The notes: a model not told the origin generated them from the letters alone. A DNA stretch of 56,046 nucleotides from an uncultured Clostridium sp. (GCA_947653375.1 CANTHA010000001.1:1-56046), one strand, 5' to 3'; counted from the first letter of the stretch, positions 20,008 through 28,589 are shown. Made by a program: numbers and translations.

Positions 20008-20868
20008 ATGTATGATGTTATAATAATAGGAGCAGGACCTGCAGGAATATCAGCTAGTCTATATACCACACGAGCTAATTTAAAAACACTAATATTATAT
20101 AATGGTATATCCAATTTAGAGAAAGCCAATAAAATCCAGAATTATTATGGATTTGAGAAAGGAATCAAAGGAAGAGACTTATATTTAGAGGGAATAAGAC
20201 AATCTAAAAATATTGGAGCCAGAGTAATAAAAGAAGAAGTAGTAAATATAGAAATAAACAATGGTTTTTATGTCAAAACTTCAAAAAACACATATAATTC
20301 AAAAGCAATAATTTTAGCAACTGGGAATAAAAAATCAAAACCAGAAATTGAAGGTGTAAAAAAATTTGAAGGGAAAGGAATAAGTTATTGTGCAATATGT
20401 GATGGATTTTTCTTTAGAAATAAGAATGTTGCAGTATTAGGAAGTGGAAACTATGCTATTTCTGAAGCAAATGATTTATTAAATATTGCTAAACAAATAA
20501 CAATATTAACAAATGGCGAAAGAAAACCAGAATTTAGAGCAGATAATGTAGAAATAAATACAAAAAAAATCGACACAATTGTAGGAAATGAAAAAGTAGA
20601 AGAAGTACAATTTAAAGATGGAACGTCATTAAAGACACAAGGAATATTTATAGCACAAGGCATAGCAGGAAGTACGGAATTTGCTAAAAAATTAGGAATA
20701 CGAACTAATAAAAATGAAATAATTGTAAATAATAAAATGGAAACAAATATAAAAGGTATGTATGCATGTGGTGATTGTACAGGTGGTATTTTACAAATAT
20801 CAAAAGCAGTATATCAAGGCACTGTAGCTGGGTTAGAAATTATAAAATTTATAAAGGGAGAGATGTAA
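20008..20868 (+). CDS. trxB: Thioredoxin-disulfide reductase family flavoprotein, without the canonical NADPH HRR motif
   Basis: YDVIIIGAGPAG, active site CAICDG and a second GSGNYA fold are present. TILTNGERKPEFRA sits where LIHRRDxFRA is expected. I prefer the ATG at 20008 over the TTG at 20002. Confidence 0.85.
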   Translation: MYDVIIIGAGPAGISASLYTTRANLKTLILYNGISNLEKANKIQNYYGFEKGIKGRDLYLEGIRQSKNIGARVIKEEVVNIEINNGFYVKTSKNTYNSKAIILATGNKKSKPEIEGVKKFEGKGISYCAICDGFFFRNKNVAVLGSGNYAISEANDLLNIAKQITILTNGERKPEFRADNVEINTKKIDTIVGNEKVEEVQFKDGTSLKTQGIFIAQGIAGSTEFAKKLGIRTNKNEIIVNNKMETNIKGMYACGDCTGGILQISKAVYQGTVAGLEIIKFIKGEM

Positions 20869-20869
20869 G

Positions 20870-21187
20870 ATGGAAATTTTAAATTTAACAGATGAAAATT
20901 TTGAAGAAAAAGTTTTAAATTCAAACAAAACTGTATTAGTAGATTTTTATGCTGATTGGTGTGGACCATGTAAAATGATGTCACCAATTATAGATGAATT
21001 AGCAAAAGAAATAGGTGATAAAGTAAAAATTGGAAAGGTAAATGTTGACGAAAATCAAAAATTAGCAATAGAATATTCAATTATGAGTATACCAACTATT
21101 GTAATTATAAAAAATGGTGAAGTAGCAAAAAGTATTTTAGGAGTAAGACCAAAAGAAGAAATACTAAAAGTATTAGAGCAAATTTAA
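20870..21187 (+). CDS. trxA: Thioredoxin
   Basis: 105 aa with the WCGPCK active site. Confidence 0.92.
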   Translation: MEILNLTDENFEEKVLNSNKTVLVDFYADWCGPCKMMSPIIDELAKEIGDKVKIGKVNVDENQKLAIEYSIMSIPTIVIIKNGEVAKSILGVRPKEEILKVLEQI

Positions 21188-22048
21188 CATATCATTAGGT
21201 ATTTGTGAAAGGAAATTTAGGTGTTTTTTATTTATAGGATGTATAAAAGAAACTCTATAGCTATGTAGAGCTTGTCTAGATATTAAATTAGATTTATTGC
21301 CATATAGAGTATCACCTAAAAGAGGATGACCAATTGATGCAAAATGTACTCTTATTTGATGAGTTCTGCCAGTTTCGAGAATACAATTAATTAAAGAATA
21401 ATCATCAAATTCTTGTAAAACTTTATAATGTGTTATAGAATACTGACCATTTGCATCAATACATCTTTCAATAATGCTATTAGGCTTTCTAGCAATAGGT
21501 AAATTAATACTTCCTGATTTACTTTCTAAAATTCCACTCGCAATACAAATATATTCTTTTTTAAAAATTTTATTTTGCATTTGCTTACTTAATTTTTCTT
21601 GTATATATTCACATTTAGCAAATATAACAAGACCAGATGTATTTAGATCTAATCTAGTAACTGGTCTTATTTTTTTATTTAAACCGATCTTATCAAAATA
21701 AAATTTAACTCCATTTGATAAGGAATCTGTATAATGTAAATTTGAAGGGTGAATTGGAATACCAAAAGGTTTGTCTAATATTAACATCCATTCATCTTCA
21801 TAAATTATAGAAAGATTCATTTCAATAGGAACAATATTAGTACTTTCTTCTTTTATATTAAAATCTATAGTAATTACATCATTTAAAATAATATTTTTTC
21901 TAGTATCACAAACAATATTATTCAATGAGATTTTTTTGTTTTTTATTAATTTAGTAATTAACCTATTTGATAGTTGAAATTCATTAATTAATATTTCGTT
22001 AATTGTATTATATTTAGTATTTTTATCAACAATGTATTGTAAAATCAT
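21173..22048 (-). CDS. RluA-family (RluD-like) pseudouridine synthase
   Basis: S4-like N-terminus, then PFGIPIHP...RLDLNTSGLVIFAK...ETGRTHQIRVHFA..GHPLLGD. Confidence 0.85.
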   Translation of the reverse strand: MILQYIVDKNTKYNTINEILINEFQLSNRLITKLIKNKKISLNNIVCDTRKNIILNDVITIDFNIKEESTNIVPIEMNLSIIYEDEWMLILDKPFGIPIHPSNLHYTDSLSNGVKFYFDKIGLNKKIRPVTRLDLNTSGLVIFAKCEYIQEKLSKQMQNKIFKKEYICIASGILESKSGSINLPIARKPNSIIERCIDANGQYSITHYKVLQEFDDYSLINCILETGRTHQIRVHFASIGHPLLGDTLYGNKSNLISRQALHSYRVSFIHPINKKHLNFLSQIPNDMLNLL

Positions 22049-22160
22049 AATTTCCTCTTTTTTATATTTTTTTGTATTATAAATAAATTAGATTTATATG
22101 TCAAATACAAGATAATATTTATTATGTTCAAGTTTCGTTTTTTAAAATTATTAGTTACAC

Positions 22161-22324
22161 AAAAGTTATAATATATATTAAAATAGTATAATTTACTTGT
22201 CAGACTAATCATATAAATAAGTTTAATAAATTTCAAATATAGAGAAGTTAATCTGGCTTATCTGTAATAATAAATGTCTTCCCAAACTGCGCATTATTCT
22301 ATTTTACTATATATTATAACTTTT
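22161..22324 (+). repeat. Repeat-family copy A (palindrome-capped element)
   Basis: 29-nt AT-only terminal inverted repeats (22161-22189 and 22296-22324, 27/29 complementary) around the core ...gtcagactaatcatataaataag...tgtcttcccaaactgcgcat. Confidence 0.8.
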
Positions 22325-22438
22325 AAATTAAAATAAAAAAGTCAAAACTTAAACATAGTTTACTATTGATTTATTATTAATTAATATATATAATAGCAAT
22401 GGTTTAATATAAAAAGATAAATCAGTGGAGGTAACATA

Positions 22439-23101
22439 TTGAGAATAAGATATAAAAAATGGGCACGACCAGAACTAGAAGCAAGTGAATTTTATGAAGA
22501 TAATCCAGAAGACTGGAAAGGAAAATGGAAAAAACATTTCAAAAATCAAAACAATCCTCTACATTTAGAACTAGGTTGTGGAAAAGGACAATTCATTTCA
22601 AATTTAGCAGTAAAAAATAAAAATATAAATTATCTAGCGATTGATTTAGTTGATGCAATGTTAGGTCTAGCAAAAAGAAATATAGAATCAGTTTATAGTG
22701 AAAACAGTGAAGAAATAGATAATGTATTAATAACTAGATTTGATATAGAGAGAATTAATTTGATATTAAATAAATTAGATGAAGTAGAAAGAATTTATAT
22801 TAATTTTTGCAATCCATGGCCAAAAGGAAAGCATAGAAAAAAGAGATTAACACATAGTAAGCAATTAGAAAAATATAAAGAATTCTTAAAACCAGAATCT
22901 AAAATCTATTTTAAAACAGATGATGATGATTTATTTAATAGTAGTTTAAATTATTTTGAAGAAAGCGAATTTGAAATAATAGAAAAAACATATGACCTAC
23001 ATAAAGACACAATATTTAAAGAAAATATAGAAACAGAACATGAAAAAATGTTTTCAGAAGAAGGAATAAAAATAAAAGCACTAATTGCAAAACTAAAATA
23101 G
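22439..23101 (+). CDS. trmB: tRNA (guanine46-N7)-methyltransferase
   Basis: LELGCGKGQF...NYLAID...INFCNPWPK.KH.KRRL. TTG start with GGAGG 8 nt upstream. Confidence 0.9.
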   Translation: MRIRYKKWARPELEASEFYEDNPEDWKGKWKKHFKNQNNPLHLELGCGKGQFISNLAVKNKNINYLAIDLVDAMLGLAKRNIESVYSENSEEIDNVLITRFDIERINLILNKLDEVERIYINFCNPWPKGKHRKKRLTHSKQLEKYKEFLKPESKIYFKTDDDDLFNSSLNYFEESEFEIIEKTYDLHKDTIFKENIETEHEKMFSEEGIKIKALIAKLK

Positions 23102-23114
23102 TGAAGGTGAAATA

Positions 23115-23630
23115 ATGGAAATACAAGATGTAATAAACCATAAAGATGATAAAGAATATATATTAAAAGCTGTAGAAGAAAATGCAAAATTATTAGAATA
23201 TGTTTCAGAAAATCTAAAAAATGATAAAGAAGTAGTAATGAAAGCTATAATAAAAGATGGTGAAGCACTAGAATTTGCAAGTAAAAATTTAAAAAGTGAT
23301 AAAGAAATATTATTAATAGCAGTAAAAAATGCACCATGGACAATATGTTATGCTTCAGAAAAACTAAAAGGCGATAAAGAACTAATTTTAGAAAGTTGTA
23401 AGAAATATGGACAAGCCTTATACTATGCAAGTGAAGAATTAAGAGATGATGAAGAAATAGTTGAACAAGCAATCAAAAATAAAGGAATTATTATAAAATA
23501 TGCAAGTGCTAGACTTAAAGATAAATTAGAATTTGCAAAAATAGCTGTTGAGCAAGATAAACAATCATATCATTTTATATCAGATAATTTGAAACAAAAT
23601 GAAGAGATAAAACAATTATTAGGTAAATAA
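23115..23630 (+). CDS. DUF4116 repeat protein
   Basis: Repeated ~30-aa units (LKNDKEVVMKAI..DGEALEFASKNLKSDKEILL.AVK) are characteristic of DUF4116. Confidence 0.7.
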   Translation: MEIQDVINHKDDKEYILKAVEENAKLLEYVSENLKNDKEVVMKAIIKDGEALEFASKNLKSDKEILLIAVKNAPWTICYASEKLKGDKELILESCKKYGQALYYASEELRDDEEIVEQAIKNKGIIIKYASARLKDKLEFAKIAVEQDKQSYHFISDNLKQNEEIKQLLGK

Positions 23631-23642
23631 GGAGGAATTATA

Positions 23643-24641
23643 ATGTCATTTATTGAAGAAATAAAACAAAGAGCAAAAGCTCAAATTAAAACAATAGTAT
23701 TACCAGAAGCAGAAGATATTAGAGTTTTACAAGCTACAAATCAAGTTATAAAAGAAAAGTTTGCAAATATTATTTTAATAGGGAATAAAGAAAAGATAGA
23801 AAATAAAGCAAAAGAAAATGATATTGACATATCTGGAGCAGAAGTAATAGATCCAAATATTTCAAGTGATTATGAAAAATATGTTAATACATTTTATGAA
23901 TTAAGAAAAAATAAAGGGATAACATTAGAAAAGGCTAAAGAACTAATAAAAGACCCAGTATATTATGGAATGATGATGGTAAAAGATGAAAATAGTAAAG
24001 CAGATGGATTAGTATCAGGGGCAGTACACTCAACATCTGATACATTAAGACCAGCATTGCAAATATTAAAAACAGCTCCTAATACAAAATTGGTATCAGC
24101 ATTTTTTGTTATGTCTGTACCAAATTGTGAATATGGTGAAAATGGAACATTTATATTTGCAGATAGTGGATTAAATGAAAATCCAGATAGTGAAGCATTA
24201 TCTGAAATAGCAATATCATCAAGTAAAAGTTTTAAACATTTAATAGGGAAAGAACCAAAAGTTGCAATGCTATCATATTCTACACATGGAAGTGCAAAAT
24301 CAGAATTGACAAAAAAAGTAATAGAAGCAACAAATAAAGTTAGAGAAAAAGAACAAAATTTATTAGTTGATGGTGAATTACAATTAGATGCAGCCATAAT
24401 ACCAGAAATTGCACAAATGAAAGCACCAGAAAGTCCAATAAAAGGGAAAGCAAATGTATTAGTTTTTCCAGATTTAAACACAGGAAATATAGGATACAAA
24501 TTAGTGCAAAGATTAGCAAAAGCAGAAGCATATGGTCCATTATGTCAGGGAATAGCTAAACCAGTAAATGATTTATCAAGAGGTTGTAGTAGTAAAGACA
24601 TAACAGGAGTAATAGCAATAACAGCAGTTCAAGCACAATAA
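23643..24641 (+). CDS. pta: Phosphate acetyltransferase
   Basis: 332 aa with IVLPEAED.RVL.A...SGAVHSTSDTLRPALQI.KT...GPL.QG..KPVNDLSRG. Confidence 0.9.
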   Translation: MSFIEEIKQRAKAQIKTIVLPEAEDIRVLQATNQVIKEKFANIILIGNKEKIENKAKENDIDISGAEVIDPNISSDYEKYVNTFYELRKNKGITLEKAKELIKDPVYYGMMMVKDENSKADGLVSGAVHSTSDTLRPALQILKTAPNTKLVSAFFVMSVPNCEYGENGTFIFADSGLNENPDSEALSEIAISSSKSFKHLIGKEPKVAMLSYSTHGSAKSELTKKVIEATNKVREKEQNLLVDGELQLDAAIIPEIAQMKAPESPIKGKANVLVFPDLNTGNIGYKLVQRLAKAEAYGPLCQGIAKPVNDLSRGCSSKDITGVIAITAVQAQ

Positions 24642-24660
24642 AATAAATTCGGAGGATTTT

Positions 24661-25857
24661 ATGAAAGTTTTAGTTTTAAATTCAGGAAGTTCTTCATTAA
24701 AATATCAAGTAATTGATATGGAAAAAGAAGAAATGTTAGTTAAAGGATATTTTGAGAGAATCGGTCAGTCAAATTCTTTTTTAACCCATAAAGTTAATGG
24801 AGAGACACATAAATTTGAACATTATGCAAAAGACCATAAACAAGCTATAAAATTTGTATTATCAAGAATTATGAATAAGTATTATGGAGTTATTAAAGAT
24901 TTAGATGAATTAATAGGTATAGGACATAGAGTTGTACATGGAGGAGAAAAATTTTCTAAATCTGTTATTATAAATGATGAGGTTATTGAAGAAATAAAAA
25001 AATGTAGTGATTTAGCACCACTTCATAATCCAGCAGCAATTTTAGGGATTGAAGCATGTAAAAAAGTAGCTCCAAGTGTAAAAATGATAGCTGTCTTTGA
25101 TACAGCATTTCATCAAACAATATCACAAGAAAAATATATTTATCCAATACCATATGAATATTATGAAAAATATAAAATAAGAAAATATGGATTTCATGGA
25201 ACATCACATCAGTATGTTTCTAACAGAGTAGCTCAATTAATGAATAAGGATATAAAAGATTTAAAAATTGTAAGCTGTCATTTAGGTCAAGGAGCAAGTA
25301 TATGTGCAATAAAAGATGGTAAATCAGTTGAAAATAGTATGGGATTAACACCACTTGGAGGAATTTGTATGGGAACAAGAAGTGGAGATTTAGACCCATC
25401 AATTATTTCATATATTATGAAAAAAGAAAATTTGACATCAGATGAAATAGAAAATATATTAAATAAAAAATCAGGAGCATATGGGGTTTCAGGTATATCA
25501 GTGGATTTTAGAGATATTGAAGCAGAAATGAGAGCAGGAGATAAAAGAGCAAAATTGGCATTAGATGTGTTTCATGAAACAGTTGCATCATATATTGCAA
25601 AATGTGGAGTTGCTATGAATGGTATTGATGTTATAACTTTTGAAGCTGGTGTGGGTGAAAAAGGTCAAGATTCTAGGCAGGAAATTTGTGATAAATTAGA
25701 GTTTTTAGGTGTAAAACTGGATAAACAAAAAAACCAAGATACAAAAGATTTTGAAGCAGAGATTTCTTCAAAAGGTTCTAAAGTAAAAGTGTATGTTGTT
25801 CCAACAAATGAAGAGTTGATGATTGCAAAGGAAACAAAAAGATTATTGTCAATTTAA
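24661..25857 (+). CDS. ackA: Acetate kinase, paralog 1 (divergent C-terminal FTGG.GEN motif)
   Basis: MKVLVLNSGSSSLKYQ...HRVVHGG...FDTAFHQT...YGFHGTSH...MGTRSGDLDP. ITFEAGVGEKG replaces the usual FTGGxGEN. Confidence 0.88.
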   Translation: MKVLVLNSGSSSLKYQVIDMEKEEMLVKGYFERIGQSNSFLTHKVNGETHKFEHYAKDHKQAIKFVLSRIMNKYYGVIKDLDELIGIGHRVVHGGEKFSKSVIINDEVIEEIKKCSDLAPLHNPAAILGIEACKKVAPSVKMIAVFDTAFHQTISQEKYIYPIPYEYYEKYKIRKYGFHGTSHQYVSNRVAQLMNKDIKDLKIVSCHLGQGASICAIKDGKSVENSMGLTPLGGICMGTRSGDLDPSIISYIMKKENLTSDEIENILNKKSGAYGVSGISVDFRDIEAEMRAGDKRAKLALDVFHETVASYIAKCGVAMNGIDVITFEAGVGEKGQDSRQEICDKLEFLGVKLDKQKNQDTKDFEAEISSKGSKVKVYVVPTNEELMIAKETKRLLSI

Positions 25858-25879
25858 AAGTTAAAATATAGTTTAATTT

Positions 25880-26037
25880 AAAAGTTATAATATATGAAAA
25901 TATACTATTTGCTGGTCAGACTAATCATATAAGGAAGGTTGATAAATTTCAAATATGGAAAATTTAATCTAGCTTATCTATATTAACAAGTGTCTTCCCA
26001 AACTGTGCATAGTATATTTTACTATAATTATAATTTT
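25880..26037 (+). repeat. Repeat-family copy B
   Basis: aaaagttataatatatgaaaatatactat ... core ... atagtatattttactataattataatttt. Confidence 0.8.
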
Positions 26038-26053
26038 AAGATATAGTTAATTT

Positions 26054-26211
26054 AAAAGTTATAATATATTAAAATATACTATTTGCTGGTCAGACTAATC
26101 ATATAAATAAAATTGATAAATTTCAAATATAGAAGATTTAATCTAGCTTATCTATATTAAAAAGTGTCTTCCCAAACTGTGCATAGTATATTTTACTATA
26201 TTACAACTTTT
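26054..26211 (+). repeat. Repeat-family copy C (in tandem with B)
   Basis: aaaagttataatatattaaaatatactat ... core ... atagtatattttactatattacaactttt. The flank atatagtt(t)aattt is also duplicated. Confidence 0.8.
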
Positions 26212-26301
26212 AAATAAGATAAATATTATTAACTATTGACTAATGTACAATATAAATATTATACTTATAATATAAAAAAATAAAAAGAAAGGAAATTAGA
26301 A

Positions 26302-27492
26302 ATGAAAGTATTAGTATTAAATTGTGGTAGTTCATCATTAAAATATCAATTAATAAATATGCAGACAGAAGAGGTTCTAGCATCAGGAAAGTATGAGAGA
26401 ATTGGAGAAAAGGAAGCGTTTATAACACATAAAGTAAATGGCCAAAAAATTGAAATACAAAACCCAGCATATAATCACACAGAAGCAATTGAATTTACAT
26501 TAGAACAATTAGTAAACCCACAATATAAAGTTGTAGATAGTTTAGAAGAAATAGAAGCTATTGGGCATAGATTGGTGCATGGAGGTGAAAAAATTTCAGA
26601 ATCTGTAATTATAAATGATGAAGTTGTAAAAGTGTTAAAGGAATGTACAGATTTAGCACCTTTACACAATCCAGCTTCTATTCTAGGAATAGAGGCATGT
26701 CAAAAGATAATGCCAGGGAAGACAATGGTAGGTGTATTTGATACAGCATTTCATCAAACAATTCCAGAAGAAAAATATATTTACCCAATACCATATGAGT
26801 ATTATAAAAAGTATAAAGTAAGAAAATATGGTTTTCATGGAACATCTCATATGTATGTATCTAAAAGATTGGCAGAAATAGAAAATAAAAATATAGAAGA
26901 TTTAAAAATTGTTACTTGTCATTTAGGTCAAGGTTCTAGTATTTGTGCAGTAGATGGTGGCAAATCAATAGATACTAGTATGGGTCTTTCACCACTTGGA
27001 GGGATTCCAATGGTAACAAGAAGTGGAGATATGGATCCATCTGTTTTGACATATATTATGAAAAAAGATAATTTATCAGCAGATGAGATGGAATCAATAT
27101 TAAATAAACAATCAGGTGTATCTGGAATTTCAGGATTAGCACCAGATTTTAGAATAATTGAAGAGGCAGCAAATAATGGTGATGAAAGAGCAAAAATTGC
27201 AATGGATAGTTTTAAATATGCTATTGCAAGTTATATTGCAAAATATGCTGTAGCAATGAACGGTATTGATTATATTGTGTTTACAGGTGGAGTTGGAGAA
27301 AACCAGATTAAAATTAGAGAAGGAATTTGTAAACAATTAGAATTTATGGGAGTAGAGATAGATGAAGATTTGAATAATGTTAGAAGTGAGGAAAAATTAG
27401 TTTCTAAATCTGGCTCAAAAGTAAAAATTTATATTGTTCCAACAAATGAAGAATTAATGATTGCTAAAGAAACTCAAAGACTTACAAAATAA
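26302..27492 (+). CDS. ackA: Acetate kinase, paralog 2 (canonical motifs)
   Basis: MKVLVLNCGSSSLKYQ...HRLVHGG...FDTAFHQT...YGFHGTSH...IVFTGGVGEN. Confidence 0.9.
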   Translation: MKVLVLNCGSSSLKYQLINMQTEEVLASGKYERIGEKEAFITHKVNGQKIEIQNPAYNHTEAIEFTLEQLVNPQYKVVDSLEEIEAIGHRLVHGGEKISESVIINDEVVKVLKECTDLAPLHNPASILGIEACQKIMPGKTMVGVFDTAFHQTIPEEKYIYPIPYEYYKKYKVRKYGFHGTSHMYVSKRLAEIENKNIEDLKIVTCHLGQGSSICAVDGGKSIDTSMGLSPLGGIPMVTRSGDMDPSVLTYIMKKDNLSADEMESILNKQSGVSGISGLAPDFRIIEEAANNGDERAKIAMDSFKYAIASYIAKYAVAMNGIDYIVFTGGVGENQIKIREGICKQLEFMGVEIDEDLNNVRSEEKLVSKSGSKVKIYIVPTNEELMIAKETQRLTK

Positions 27493-27500
27493 ATTACAAT

Positions 27501-27530
27501 AAAACCACAGGTAGAAACCTGTGGTTTTTT
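27501..27530. terminator. Bidirectional rho-independent terminator between convergent genes
   Basis: aaaaccacaggt-agaa-acctgtggtttttt. A-run and T-run flank the stem. Confidence 0.85.
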
Positions 27531-27546
27531 GTGGGGGAGTATTTTT

Positions 27547-28092
27547 TTATATTACTTTAAGTTCTAAATATTTTTTCTCAGACCCTTTACATGTAAGAGT
27601 TATTAAAAAATTTTCAAAATCACCAGAATTGCCAATACCTTCTAAAGAAAATACAGAAAGTTTTCCTTTCCTATCAATATCAGGTTTTGACACGATATTA
27701 GATTTTTTATTTAAAATTTCCACATCCAAGTCTTTATCTGATACACAACAAAAAATCATATCTAAACTATAATCACAAGATAAATACTTAGGATTTTCTG
27801 TAGCTTGCTTTAAATTATGGAAGAACTTTATAGAATCTATATTTCCGTAAGTAGATTCTAGTTCACTATTTCCCATAAAAAAATATACAGGTTCTTCTTT
27901 AATACCGAAAAGAGGCTTAATTCCAGGACTACTGTCAATACAAATAAAAAATGTTCCTTTAGTACATTGTATTTGTACAATGTACTGATCTTGATTAGAA
28001 GAACAAGATATTGTAAATGATTTAGTGGAAATAGTATTCTTATGAATTATTGGTGTTAAAATATAATCATAACAAACTTCAGAAATTTCCAC
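27547..28092 (-). CDS. Hypothetical protein (no family recognised). GTG start with a weak RBS. Possibly the 3' part of a frameshifted gene with 28143-28367.
   Basis: 181-aa ORF. The reading frame stays open upstream to 28167 and overlaps the end of the preceding ORF. Confidence 0.45.
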   Translation of the reverse strand: MEISEVCYDYILTPIIHKNTISTKSFTISCSSNQDQYIVQIQCTKGTFFICIDSSPGIKPLFGIKEEPVYFFMGNSELESTYGNIDSIKFFHNLKQATENPKYLSCDYSLDMIFCCVSDKDLDVEILNKKSNIVSKPDIDRKGKLSVFSLEGIGNSGDFENFLITLTCKGSEKKYLELKVI

Positions 28093-28142
28093 TTCTTTTA
28101 ATTCATCTGGTAATGCTACATGAACATTATAGTCTTTTCCTT

Positions 28143-28367
28143 CTATTTCGTTTTCAAAACAGGATTTTCAAGTGCTTGTGCAATTGAAGTATATCCTTTA
28201 ATTGAATACCAATCAGTTACAGAATAATTGTCGTCAGAACTTGTCAATTTACAAAGTAATTGTAAATGCCGAGCTTCTTTTATATGACCCAATAATGTAA
28301 TCATGTAGAAAATAAAGAAAAGTGTAATCCCCCCGAAAAACATTCCCTTAATCATTCCTTTTTTCAT
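28143..28367 (-). CDS. Small membrane-anchored hypothetical protein
   Basis: 74 aa with one N-terminal TM helix (FFGGITLFFIFYMITLL). RBS aaaaggaggatacaat precedes the ATG on the minus strand. Confidence 0.5.
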   Translation of the reverse strand: MKKGMIKGMFFGGITLFFIFYMITLLGHIKEARHLQLLCKLTSSDDNYSVTDWYSIKGYTSIAQALENPVLKTK

Positions 28368-28514
28368 ATTGTATCCTCCTTTTTGTTAAATGATTAAATT
28401 AGTTTTACATTAGTTTGTATTGCAAACTAATTGCTGTTACTTAAATAGCATAGAAAAATTATATCACAATTGACATAATATGTAAATACTAAAGTAGAAA
28501 AAAATAAAAAACAC

Positions 28515-28542
28515 TTGAAATCTAAAAAATATATGATATAAT
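28515..28542 (+). promoter_or_regulatory. Sigma-A-type promoter for the ileS leader
   Basis: TTGAAA (28515-28520), 16-nt spacer, TGaTATAAT extended -10 (28534-28542). Confidence 0.6.
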
Positions 28543-28589
28543 ACTAACTAATATATGAATAAAAACTAAAATAAGGACAATATGAATAA

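Noticed and set aside
22045-22236. 63-aa minus-strand ORF upstream of the pseudouridine synthase gene.
   Set aside because: It overlaps the repeat-family copy and its AT caps. It has no RBS and a low-complexity translation.
22270-22295. Mini-ORF on the reverse strand of the repeat core (ATG CGC/CAC AGT TTG GGA AGA CA.., MRSLGRH...).
   Set aside because: The stop position varies (10-23 codons). The copy at 16131 has ACG instead of ATG. No RBS precedes it, and the substitutions are not synonymous-biased. The conservation is better explained at the nucleic-acid level.
27521-27772. 83-aa + strand ORF after ackA-2.
   Set aside because: It starts inside the terminator hairpin and runs antisense to the longer minus-strand ORF. 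It has no RBS.
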